Below are positions 23,392 to 35,194 of a stretch of 64,000 bases of DNA, one piece after another (the first letter of the stretch is position 1; the number at the start of each line of letters is the position of its first letter). A program made the position numbers and the translations under genes. Below the pieces are notes generated by a model that made no database searches, was not told the origin of the DNA, and saw nothing but the letters and a program-made list of their open reading frames with translations. Origin of the DNA: Octopus vulgaris (Eukaryota); assembly GCA_951406725.2 (NCBI GenBank), contig OX597815.1:15438001-15502000 (forward strand), written 5' to 3'.

Positions 23392-25108
23392 CTGAATAAA
23401 AGAAAAATGTTAGTCAAAATATGTTAGTCTCTCTTTAGTAGTAGTATGGCCAATTTGAGAATAACGATGATGATGTTTTTATAGTCGTGACTGTTATTAT
23501 TATTATTATTATAATTATCATTAATATTTGATTATTATGGGAAAAGATGACAAAGGATCATAACAAGTGACATGCAAGATAAAAAAAAAGATGTTAAAAG
23601 TTATTATTATTATTATTATTATCATTATTATTATCGTTGTTGTTGTTGCTTTTAATGTTATCATTATTGTTATTGCTATTATTATCATTATTACGATCAT
23701 CATCATTGTCATCATCATCATCATCATCATTATTATTATTGTTTGTTTCTATTTCGACATTATCATAATTTTATTTATTTATTTTTTTTTTTTTACATAT
23801 TACTCATGTTTAAATTACAGTGGTAAAGAGATGAAACTAAGATTAAGGAGTTAACTTCTTTCTCTAATCTGCTCTTCATGAGGAACTGAGCTAGAAATCA
23901 GAAATCAGTGGCCTTGTTCGTGTGTCTGGGAGTCTTGTACTCTGAGAAATGCATCAGTTATGAAGGGGACACTCAAATATTATATTTCAGTTATTGGGTA
24001 GCTTACTATTATTAATTTTGTATTTATACCTATAATAGTCTTGCAACCAGATTCCACTGAGAAATACTTTCCACCACAATTCTCGGAGAGGCTGTTGTGT
24101 TCCAATAAAACCACTTTAAAGAGGAGAAACTACGTAAAAATTCTAAACTGTTGCCTTTTATTTTACGGCTTTTCAATTTATAGTGTTTTCTACATTGATT
24201 TCAGTTTAGCTTATAGAAATTGTTCATAATAAAGCCTGAAATTTATTAGAGGTGACCACAATCATACATTGAAATGAATGAAAGAAAACCAGATCACAAA
24301 TGAAAGATGCTGGTCACAAGGCATGTGGTCAGTTTTTGTTGGAGACAGTCACAGAGTTGCAACAGATTCCAGTATAACATATGTATTTATTTAATCAATC
24401 CTCACAAATTAAAGCTAAATTTAATCTTGCAATCAAGGAAGACAAGTCCTTAATCAGATTTTTGGGCCTGCCAGCTTACTTTACTGGAGTCTTTTTCCTT
24501 ATTTTCAAATACCGATTTCCTTAGACAAGGTATCAAGCCGAATGTTTGATTCAAGGAGGGCTGTTTAGTCAGCTGAGTGGACTTGGTGTATTACTAGTAA
24601 TTACTAGATGAACAAATGGTAAATTTAAACTTAAGCAGGATTTGAACTTGAAATCATCATCATCATCATTTAGCGTCTGCTTTCCATGCTAGCATGGGTT
24701 GGACGGTTCAACTGGGGTCTGGGAAGCCTGAAGGCTGCACCAGGCCCAGTCTGATCTGGCGATGTTTCTACGGCTTGAAATGAAGAGAACAAAACCAAAT
24801 AATGCAGTATATTTAGTTCAGCTCAATACAGCATGCGTCAAATTCATCTTCTTTCTGGTACTTTGTAAAAGGAATTTCTTTGAACAAGGTACAAATGGCT
24901 ATTTTCATAGTGAACGTAGCATAAGTTCTAGAATAAGTTCAAGTAAAGATAATTTTGGCCACTTGCTACATTAACATTCAGAAGAGAGAAGAGCCAAGCT
25001 AACAAGTGTTAAGCATGTAGTGTGATGTTCTTCCGTTTCTTTCCAATCACTGATACTTCTACGACTATATTAAATCATCTCATTTACCTTATATTGTAAG
25101 TAATATCA

Positions 25109-25505
25109 TCTTTATATATAAAAGTGAGGTTGTGTGCTGTCTGTCTCCTACGATTTAGATTCCTAACTACTCCCACATTTTGCGGTGCAGTTTAACCAAA
25201 ACCGGGTATCTTATAGTCGTGATTCATATCGAGCCCTTCTGGGTATTAGCGCACGTCTACGATGAGTCTACGATTTAAAAAAATTTACCATCATTTTTTT
25301 CCCTTTTAATGCATTTTTTCACTATTATATAAGGGAAGTAACTCTCTAAAAATGTCTACGATGAGTCAACGATTTTTAAAAAAATTTACCCTCATTTTTT
25401 TCCATTTTTAATGCATTTTTTGCTATTTTTTGGCTATAACTCTCCAAAAATGCTTATATAGTTATTTCCCTTACAAACCCGAGCAACACCGGACGATACT
25501 GCTAG
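25109..25505 (+). mobile_element. Non-autonomous Helitron
   Basis: A|TC start, subterminal GC hairpin CCGAGCAACACCGG, CTAG|T end, no TSD; second copy at 50708-51169. Confidence 0.8.
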
Positions 25506-25719
25506 TCATTTATAATATGATAATAATGAAATTATTGTATACAGTGCTCATGTGCACCACAACTTGTCAGAAAGTGCATATAAAGTATATGCAGTAATGT
25601 ACAAATATCTGGAACTCCTTAATCTTAGTTTCATCTCTTTACCACTGTAATTTAAACATCAGTAATATGTAAAAAAAAAAAAAACAATATAAAATTATGA
25701 TAATGACAAAATAGAAATT

Positions 25720-26060
25720 TATATCAACAAAGCCTTATAGTGTAAGTAATATCTTGTCAGTAATGGCATTTATATGAAGAAAACTTTATGAAATAAATAT
25801 TATATATTAAGAGTTACATTGACAAAACCTTATATTGTAAATCTTATATAGTAGGTAATATCATTTATATTAACAAAACATATTGTAAGTGACATATTAT
25901 ATTATATTGTAAGTAACATTATTCACGTTAAGAAAAACTTTAAATGTTAAGTAATACTATATTAACAAAACATTATTTTGTAAGTAATATTATTTAAATT
26001 AACAAAAACTTTATATTGTAAGTAATATTTATATTAATAAAACATCATACTGTAAATAAT
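25720..26060. repeat. Degenerate AT-rich tandem repeat (AAAACTTTATATTGTAAGTAATAT)
   Basis: Recurrent TATTGTAAGT units. Confidence 0.7.
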
Positions 26061-26448
26061 CTCTCTTTGCACTCCATCGGTTACGACGATGAGGGTTCCG
26101 GTTGATCCAAATCAACGGAACAGCCTGTTTGTGAAATTAACGTGTAAGTGGCTGAGCACTCCACAGACACGTGTACCCTTAACGTAGTTCTCAGGGATAT
26201 TCAGTGTGACACAGAGAGTGACAAGGCCGGCCCCTTGAAATACAGGTACAACAGAAACAGGAAGTAAGAGTGAGAGAAAGTTGTGGTGAAAGAGTACAGC
26301 AGGGACCACCACCATCCCCTGCCGGAGCCTCGTGGAGCTTTAGGTGTTTTCGCTCAATAAACACTCACAACGCCCGGTCTGGGAATCGAAACCGCGATCC
26401 TATGACCACGAGTCCGCTGCCCTAACCACTGGGCCATTGCGCCTCTAC
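26061..26448 (-). mobile_element. tRNA-derived SINE family C with TSD
   Basis: tRNA-like head GGCGCAATGGCCCAGTGGTTAGGGCAGCGGACTCG..GGTTTCGATTCCC; TSD ACTGTAAATAAT at 26049-26060 and 26449-26460. Confidence 0.87.
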
Positions 26449-26481
26449 ACTGTAAATAATATTAGTTACATCAACAAAATG

Positions 26482-26862
26482 CAGGCATGGCTGTGTGGTA
26501 AGAGTTTTGCTTCCCAACCACACAGTTCCAGGTTCAGTTCCACTGCACATCACCTTGGGCAAGTGTTTTCTACTATAGCCTTGGGCCAACCAAGGCCTTG
26601 TGACTGGATTTGTTGTATGGAAACTGAAAGAGGCCATTTATATATCTGTGTTTGTTTTTGTCTCACACCACTGCTTGACATCCAGTGTTGGTGTGTTTAT
26701 GTTCCCATAACTTAGCAGTTCAGTATAAGACACCAAGAGAATAAGCACCAGGCTTTTAAAAAAAATTAATAATGAGGTTGATTCATTCGACTAAAAATTC
26801 TTTAAGGTAGCGCCCCAGCATGGCCACAGTCTAATGACTGAAACAAGTAAAATATATAAAAA
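26482..26862 (+). mobile_element. SINE family B, diverged copy
   Basis: Same head, CORE-like block and tail with more substitutions. Confidence 0.72.
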
Positions 26863-27031
26863 GTTTTTGTAAGTTTTTAATGTAAGCTATCATTTACCCT
26901 ATTTAAACTGGAATATTTCCCCACTTGAATACTAAACAGTCTTAACTATTTAAAGTAAGAAATCTACCAATCACTAAGTCGTCACTACAAAATGAAATCT
27001 ACAGATGCAGATGTTTTAAGATTCTACTTAC

Positions 27032-27115
27032 TCCACTCCTGCGACTATTCCTCTCAGAATAAGGTGCAGGGGTATCAGGACGTCGAGAAACTGCATCATA
27101 CATGAATTGATCTGG
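27032..27115 (-). CDS. Cadherin-related protein cytoplasmic exon
   Basis: tttttacag PDQFMYDAVSRRPDTPAPYSERNSRRSG gtaagt; 84 nt, phase 0-0. Confidence 0.75.
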
Positions 27116-29039
27116 CTGTAAAAAATATTAAATATTAATTTTTATTTATATTTTTGATTAGACTGGTTTGAAACCAGTGCAACTGATGCAGTTAATGTAC
27201 TTCTTCAAAAGCCCCAAGTCAATGGTCACAACGAAAAAACATATGCAAGAAGGGAATGTAAAGAAGGTGCTCACTGGAAGAATTAAAGGAGGGATAGTCA
27301 CTGTAAGGCTGAGAGAAGGAGAATTATATTGTAGGCTTGGAAGAAGAAAGAGTACATTGCAGGACTGGGAGAAAAGGATGTACCATGTAGGATGGGAGAA
27401 AGAGGTACATATTATTGGAATGGGAAAAGGAGCATATTGTCAGGTTATGAGAAGGGGAGCATATTATAGGACAGGCCTTATCCACTAAATATCCAGGCAC
27501 TAGCCCTGAGTTTGAAGGTTCTAATTCCATGCAGTTCATGCTCAGAGGGATGGAGTGACTGCAAATAGGTAGTTCATGTTTTGACTGAAGAGTGAAGGGA
27601 ATAGAATTGAACCTTGGAGCACATCACAGATGATTAATTGTGGATCAGAGAGAGTTACCTCAGTATGTACCACAATTGTGCAGATTGGAAGATATTTATC
27701 CAAATGCCAAAAGATTAAGAGCCTAAGATGGGAAGTGTTGTAAATAGATTCATGTATTACATATGGCCAAAAGCTTTGCTGATATCTAAGGCAGCAACAC
27801 TGTTTTCATCCAACTTCTTGATGATGAGGACCTACTGGTGAGTGACAATAGGAGATTTGATCTCCAGTAAATCTGGTTTTACAAGAAACATAACTGTAGT
27901 AATTGAGAAGGGGAAGAGATTTAAGATCAGTGTTAATGATTGTCTTCATCATCATAAGTTGGAAATGAGTATGATAAGATGATAGCAAATAGGGTGACTA
28001 CAGGAATGGGGGACTTTACAGAAATGTTTCTAGAATCAAGAGTCTGCAAAGTAAATCTAGCAAAGATAAAAGTTCTGACAGGAAAGAAAATTACTTGCTT
28101 CTGCCATTCAGGAAGTGGACATGCTTAGTATGCAGAAAAGGAGTTCAAAAGAATTCCACACTGTAGCAAGTGTAAACTTCCAGTGCACAAGAGATCCAGA
28201 AGGATGACAGACTGGATGACAAGCAAGACAGACTTTATAAGTTGAGGACGCACAGGAATAGTCAGCAGTTGTAAAAGGAATTCTTTTAGATACTAACACA
28301 TCCACAGTATTAGTTGATAACTTCTCTTACTTAGGTAACCTAATTAACAAAAACGGTGCATGCTCTGAAACAGGCTATGAACAGGGTGAAGAAAGTTCAT
28401 GGGGATACTATTTCTTATGATAGCAAATGGAATCAGTCTTTAAGTGAAAGGTAGATAGTATGATACTATGTCGGATGACAGCAAAACACAAACATTGAAA
28501 ATCAAAGACATGAGAAGGCTGTTGTGCAACCACTGTTAGTGGCACACCCACTGATGATCCCACAGCCACAGATATTAACATACCCAGAGATATCTGTGTC
28601 CATACTGATACTCGTGAACCCACTGAAATCTATATACGTATTTATTTTAATATAGCCATTGATAATCGCGCACATACCAATATACTAGCAATCAAATTTA
28701 CTGGTATTTCCACACCCGATCGTAATTGCATACTACTTATGATTGCACATTCCCTGATAATTTTTGTACATCCCTTGATATCTATGTACGTACTGATATT
28801 TGTGCATGCACTGATATCCATACACATATTTATATTCATGTAGTCTCTGATAATCATGAACATACCTATTTATTTACTACCCACAAGGGGCTAAACACAG
28901 AGGAGACAAACAAGGACAGACAAATGGATTAAGTCGATTACATCGACCCAGTGCGTAACTGGTACTTAATTTATCGACCCTGAAAGGATGAAAGGCAAAG
29001 TTGACCTCGGCGGAATTTGAACATATAACAACCCAGAAA

Positions 29040-29651
29040 ATTGCTCACAAAGTGGGAATAAGCACAAGATCGGTGCAATCGATTTTAATGGAGATTTGTG
29101 AATGCAGAAGGTGATGGCAAAATGAATTCCCAAGGTTCTAAGGTAGCAGTAGAAGCAACTCTGCTTGGAAATCGCTCAGGACTCGCTGGACTATGCAAAA
29201 CTACGACCCAGACTTTATGATGTCTATCATCATTACTAATGAGAGATGGCTTTATGGTCTCTGCTTGACATGTTCACTTACCTTATGTGAAAACGAAAAT
29301 TCAACAAGCATGCGCTACATGTCTGTACTCTAGGTGTAACAGCCAAGAATTGACACAGCCTACCAGAGCAAAAATTTACATGCGTACGCAAGAAGGGTGG
29401 CATCGCCTTCCACCCAAATTCCATGAGCACAAAATCCTTCGGGTAGCAGGTGATGTCACCCTTCTTGGGCATACATGTAAATTTTTGCTCTGGTTGGCTG
29501 CATCAGCTCCTGGCTGTTATGCCTAGAATACAGACATGTAGTGCATGCTTGTTGGATTTTTGCTTTCACATAAGAAGAATGAACAAATCAAGCAGAGACC
29601 ATAAACCCATGTCTCATCACTAGTGATGATAGTCTTCATGAAGTCTGGGTC
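29040..29651. mobile_element. Mariner fragment forming a fold-back with ~210-bp arms
   Basis: Arms 29205-29418 and 29439-29651; the right arm on the minus strand reads DPDFMKTIITSDETWVYG (first catalytic D of mariner). Confidence 0.75.
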
Positions 29652-29667
29652 ATGGTGTGTGTGTATA

Positions 29668-29695
<28 letters not shown>

Positions 29696-29698
<3 letters not shown>

Positions 29699-29941
29699 CT
29701 GTAAATGTAATATGTGATAATTATTCGGTAGCCAAGATAAAACTCTAAGTTTCGGATGATGAGGTGAAAATCCACACCATCATCTCTTCAGTTATCTGGC
29801 TATCGGAAAAACGCAATTCATAGCGTTTTTCCGATGGCCGGATAACTGAGGAGATGGTGGCGTGGATGTCCACCTCGGCATCTGAAACTCAGAGTCTTAT
29901 CTTGGCTACCGAATAATTGTCACATATTACATTTACAGATA
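29696..29941. repeat. Long inverted repeat (119-bp arms, 8-nt loop)
   Basis: 29696-29814 pairs with 29823-29941. Confidence 0.92.
29841..29901 (+). ncRNA. Type I hammerhead motif in a fold-back (mirror copy on the - strand at 29736-29796)
   Basis: GATAA CTGAGGA GATG..CATC T GAAAC TCAGA GTC TTATC; canonical GUC triplet. Confidence 0.68.
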
Positions 29942-30003
29942 AATTCCTCTATTTACATAATATCGAGGTCTCTTTCTTTCTTTTTTTATCTTACCGTTTT
30001 TAT

Positions 30004-30049
<46 letters not shown>

Positions 30050-30737
30050 GAAAATGGAGGAATAGATTCCTTTCATCATCAACTTATGAATTGGTATTAT
30101 CTGTAAGTTGATGATTGAAAGGAATCTATTCCTCCATTTTCTTATTTTGTATTATGAATTTGAGGTAAAACATTTTATCTTCGCCCATATAATACAATAA
30201 ATGAATTAATTGCATTGCAATTGTAAGCATTTATGTATTAGCCTTTTGGGTACTTCACTGGCAGTATATTGGATAAGTGATATCCCATAGTGGGTTACAC
30301 TCATAACCCCTATCGCACAAGCTCCAACTGATCGTGGCCGATGCTGGACCCCCCTGGCACCTGTGCAGGTGGCACATAAAAAGCACCCACTACACTCGCG
30401 GAGTGGTTGGCGTTAGGAAGGGCATCCAGCTGTAGAAACACTGCCAGATCAGACTGGAGCCTGATGCAGCCTCTTGGTTTCCCCAGACCCCGGTCGAACC
30501 GTCCAACCCGTGCTAGCGCGGAAAACGGACGTTAAATGATGATAATGATGATGATGATGATATATGCGCGCGTATACATGCACACACACTCACATATATA
30601 TATATGTCTGTATAGCTGTATATATATATGTATGTGCATGCATATTCTTTCTCTTCTGAATGATATTGTATCAAAATTCCTGATACTGTATCAAAAATCT
30701 ATTTCAGTTATTGTTGCGCCGAAAGCATAGGACTTAC

Positions 30738-30839
30738 ATAATCTCTGCCATGACTGCCACCCGAAGTTGCCATGTGCAGGTTCTCTTGTGACATTGCATT
30801 ACCATCAGGCGGGGCCTCATCAAAGGTGAATATAATGGG
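30738..30839 (-). CDS. Cadherin-related protein cytoplasmic exon
   Basis: ttttacag PIIFTFDEAPPDGNAMSQENLHMATSGGSHGRDY gtaagt; 102 nt, phase 0-0. Confidence 0.75.
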
Positions 30840-32269
30840 CTGTAAAACAGAAAGAGGAACAGCGGGTAGAATTACCCTTGTTAAATACTATTGAAGTAAT
30901 CCCTATAGAATAACACTTCTACAGTCTTAGAAGAGCAATCAGCTGAATGATCCAGGTAAGTTAATTTGAGTAGATTAAATGAACTAAGATAATTATTATC
31001 GATTTTGTTTCTATTGTTGATATTTCTTATGGTTTTGTTGTTATTGATATTTATATTTATATTTATATTTATATTACATTGGAATTTGGTAAACAATAGT
31101 TTGTTTGGTTCAGTTTTCTAACAGACCAATGACTGATTCACTACATTTTTGATGGTGACTATAACAAAGAAGTGTTTGCAAGATAATGCCAAGCAAATAT
31201 TGTAAAGACCTTCAACTGAAAATCATGAGCTCTTCATTTTCCTAGTCTGTTTAAATCTTTCACCAATATGCAATGAAAGAGATACAGATACACACATACA
31301 TACACACACATGCACACACACACACATGCACACACACACATTCAATTTACAATGAGTTAGACAACCCAAGACAAAGGTAGAAAAAAAACTTGCCCAAGGT
31401 GCCATGCAATGATCATGCAGTTGTGAGGTGAACTTCTAAACCACACAACTATGCCTGATCTTATGGCAGAGAGGGCTGTTGCTACAACAACAGCTTGATA
31501 ACATGTATTGTTATGGCTGCTGTTTAGCCCCAGGTCTGCAATGATTGACCAGACGTATGATCAAAGATTTCGACTTTAATCATCAACTTTAATCATGAGA
31601 TGGATCGAGATGGATTGAGATGGACCAAAGTCTGGGCAAAGATTTGCTTCCAGTGATGAGAACGGTGCACAATTCTTCACCACACAACATGACTCATCCA
31701 TGATTGTTCCAAAGGCAAAGAGGATATTCAGGACAACTAGGGTCGGTGACAAACTGCAGCAAACCTCTGTGGTGGGGCAGCCCTTTTGGCTTTATTCTAT
31801 TGTAGCTAATAGCTGAACAAAACTCACAACTTGCCACCAAATGTCGAATAGATGCAGAGGGTGTGTGACCAGGGCAGCCACCAGATGCTGGAACAGAGGC
31901 TGTTCTGAAGTTGATGACGGAAGGAAGGTAAGGCACGGCTTAGTCAACATACTAGTTAACCCATAGTTAGGACTCTAAAAGGTGCTACTACTCCATGCTA
32001 GAGTTGACTTGGGAACAGTAGTAGTTAAGAAGTGGTTCCACATTCCTCAAAACCCTGGAACTCCTATGTATATATACATCCCATGGGTGTGTGTGTATGT
32101 GTGTGTGGTGTGATATTATTTTAGCAATATTTGGCCGTTGTTTCTTACAAGATGAGCAACCAGATAGATAGAGGCTTCCTCAGTTTTGAAGTGTTTATTG
32201 TTGCTACATATATGTTGTTGTTGTTGTTGGCATTTGTGTCACTTTCATGAGTCATGATTTTACACACTA

Positions 32270-32510
32270 CTGTCGCCACCATCACCACCACCACCACCAC
32301 AAACACCACCACGACTACAAACCTCATCACCATTACCACCACATTCATTGCAACAACGACCACTGCCACTACCAAAATCAACCACCACCGTCACCACCAC
32401 AACAACAACCACAACTATTACCATCACCACCACCACTACCAACAACAACAACTGCATCACCATAACAACAACCATAATCATTACCCTGACCATGACAATA
32501 ACTACCACAG
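32270..32510. repeat. (ACC/ACA)n degenerate microsatellite
   Basis: Directly visible. Confidence 0.88.
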
Positions 32511-33017
32511 AAGTGTCTTTCTCAAGCTGTGCGTGGGTTAGATAGATTTCAAATTTCCACATCAGCCAGTGCCTTACCAGGACTACTGACCATTCTGTGC
32601 CTTTCAGTGACTCTGAAATTCCTTCCTCACTAATTTGTTTTTATATCTTAATTAGTGGTTTTATATCTTAATTAGCGGTGGTGCCCCAGCATGGCCGCGG
32701 CCTTCGGGCTAAAACATTTTTAAGGATTTAAGGATTTAAGCTCTATAGTGTTTAGATGTTCCCTACAGTTCTGTCATATCACCACTGACTAAGTTTTTGG
32801 ATAATCTTGTACCCACAATCTTGACAGATGAATCTTGTTAATTACTGTTTTATATTTTCACTAATTGGTGCAGAAGCAATATGGATTATGTCAAACATAA
32901 ATTTTTCTAATGCAATAACAAAGAAATGATGAAAACTTTGCAGGTGAGAAGAACCTACTGAGTAAAGTGATGAGTTGTTCACTACAAGTGAACTAAACGC
33001 ATCATAACATAACTTAC

Positions 33018-33425
33018 AGGGGCACCGTTGTTGCTCAGTCCACCTTGGAGCATTTCATCACGTTGACCAAAGCTATTGTTTCTGCTACGCAAACTCTTTC
33101 TGCTATGTCCACTGTTACCAAGGCCAGCCATAGCAATTTCCTCGTGCTGACCATTGATATTTCCACCACTATTCTTCAAATCTTCCTCTTCAAATAGTCT
33201 ATCATGAAATCCAGCATTTCCTCCTTGAAATCCAGAGTTTCCTCCTTGAAATCCAGAGTTTCCTCCTTGAAATCCAGAGTTTCCTCCTTGAAATCCAGAA
33301 TTTCCTCCTTGAAATCCAGAATTTCCTCCTTGAAATCCAGAATTTCCTCCTTGAAATCCAGAATTTCCGCCTTGAAATCCAGAATTTCCTCCGTGAGATG
33401 TAGAATAAACTACCATTTCACTTTG
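33018..33425 (-). CDS. Cadherin-related protein cytoplasmic exon with (GGNSGFQ)8 repeat
   Basis: cttttcag QSEMVVYSTSH(GGNSGFQ)8GGNAGFHDRLFEEEDL..NNGAP gtaagt; 408 nt, phase 0-0. Confidence 0.8.
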
Positions 33426-33459
33426 CTGAAAAGGAAAATATAAAGAAACACATATATCA

Positions 33460-34425
33460 TCAGCAGTGGTGGCAGCGACAGTAGCAGCGATGGTAGCAGC
33501 GCTAGCAATGGCAGCACCATCGACGGCAGCGCCATTGACAGCAGCGCTATTGACGGCAGCGCCAGCGACGGCAGCACAAGCGACAGTGCTAGTGACGGCA
33601 GGCAAGCGACGGCAGCGCAAGCGACGGCAGCGCCAGCGACGGCAGCGCCAGCGACGGCAGCGCAAGCGACGGCAGCGAGCAACGGCAGCGCAAGCGACGG
33701 CAGCGCCAGCAACGGCAGCGCCAGCGACGGCAGTGCCAGCGACGGCAGCGCCAGCGACAGCAGTGCCAGTGATGGCAGCGCCAGCGACGGCAGCGCCAGC
33801 AACGGCAGCGCAAGCGACGGCAGCGCCAGCAACGGCAGCGCCAGCGACGGCAGCGCCAGCAACGGCAGCGCAAGCGACGGCAGCGCAAGCGACGGCAGCA
33901 AGCGACGGCAGCGCCAGCAACGGCAGCGCCAGCGACGGCAGCACCAGCGACGGCAGCGCCAGCAACGGCAGCGCCAGCGACGGCAGCGCCAGCAACGGCA
34001 GCGCCAGCGACGCAGCGCAAGCGCGGCAGCGCCAGCAACGGCAGCGCAAGCGACGGCAGTGCCAGCGACGGCAGCGCCAGCGACAGCAGTGCCAGTGACG
34101 GCAGCGCCAGCGACGGCAGCGCCAGCAACGGCAGCGCTAGCGACGGCAGCACCATCAACGGCAGCACCATCAATGGTAGCACCAGCCACGGCAGCGTGAG
34201 TGACGGCAGCGGCAGCGTGAGCGACGGCAGCGCCAGCGACGGCAGTGCAAGCGACGGCAGCGCAAGTGACGGCAGCGCGAGCGACGGCAGCGCTAGCGAC
34301 GGCAGCGCCAGTGACAGCAGCAGCAGCAACAGTAGCACCAGCAACAGCAGCGCAAGCGACAGCAGCGGCAGTCCCAACGACAGCAGCACCAGTGACAGCA
34401 GCACCAGTGACAGCAGTGACAGTGT
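33460..34425. repeat. GC/CpG-rich 14-15-bp minisatellite (GCGCCAGCGACGGCA)n
   Basis: Directly visible tandem units, degenerate at both edges. Confidence 0.92.
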
Positions 34426-35194
34426 TATCATCATCATCATTATTATTTTTTATGACTGATTCTCCTTCCATGGGCTGGATCACAGAACACTGCCCCCACC
34501 CCCACCCCCCCATCACGTGTTGCTTTACTTCTCTGTGAGGTTCAGCTTTCAGAAGAACAGAGAAGCCTAGATATGGCTAAGAAGTTCTCTTGCATTCGTG
34601 TCAATATGAAGTGAGTATAAGGTGGCGATCTGGCAGAACCATTAGCACACTGGGCAAGATGCTTGGCAGCATTTCATCCGTTTCTATGTACCAAGGTTGA
34701 TTTTGCCTTTCTTCCTTTCGTGGTTGATAAAAATAAGTACCAGTTGAGCACTGGGGTTGATTTAATTGACTTGGCTCCCCCCTACAAAACAAACTGCTGG
34801 CCATGTGCCAAAACTTGAAACCAATATGAAGAGAACATCAGTGGTACCCCTGCCTGATGCAAAGATATATGTTATTGCGCGCTTGTGTGTGGATGTCATT
34901 CTCATAAAATGTCCTAAAATTTCTTCAGCTTTTAATGTGAGAAGACCAATGGAAATAAAAAATGTCTTATTTGGCAAACAGGTAAAAGTTGGCAGCATGA
35001 AGAGCATTCAGAAAGAGAAAATCAAATTGAGCATGCCTCATCTGAGCCATGCTTACAAAGTAAAACAGATGTAAAACAGAATGACTGAATGGACAAACTT
35101 AAATATATGTAAGGTGAGATGGGTAAATTGTTACCATTTTATGTTTTTGATTTCATATATGTCATTGCTTGTTTTTGATTTTGTCAACTACACA

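Noticed and set aside
33410-34538. Long Ala-rich or antifreeze-like ORFs
   Set aside because: They are open in several frames on both strands because of a stop-free 14-15-bp minisatellite, and mixed unit lengths shift the frames.
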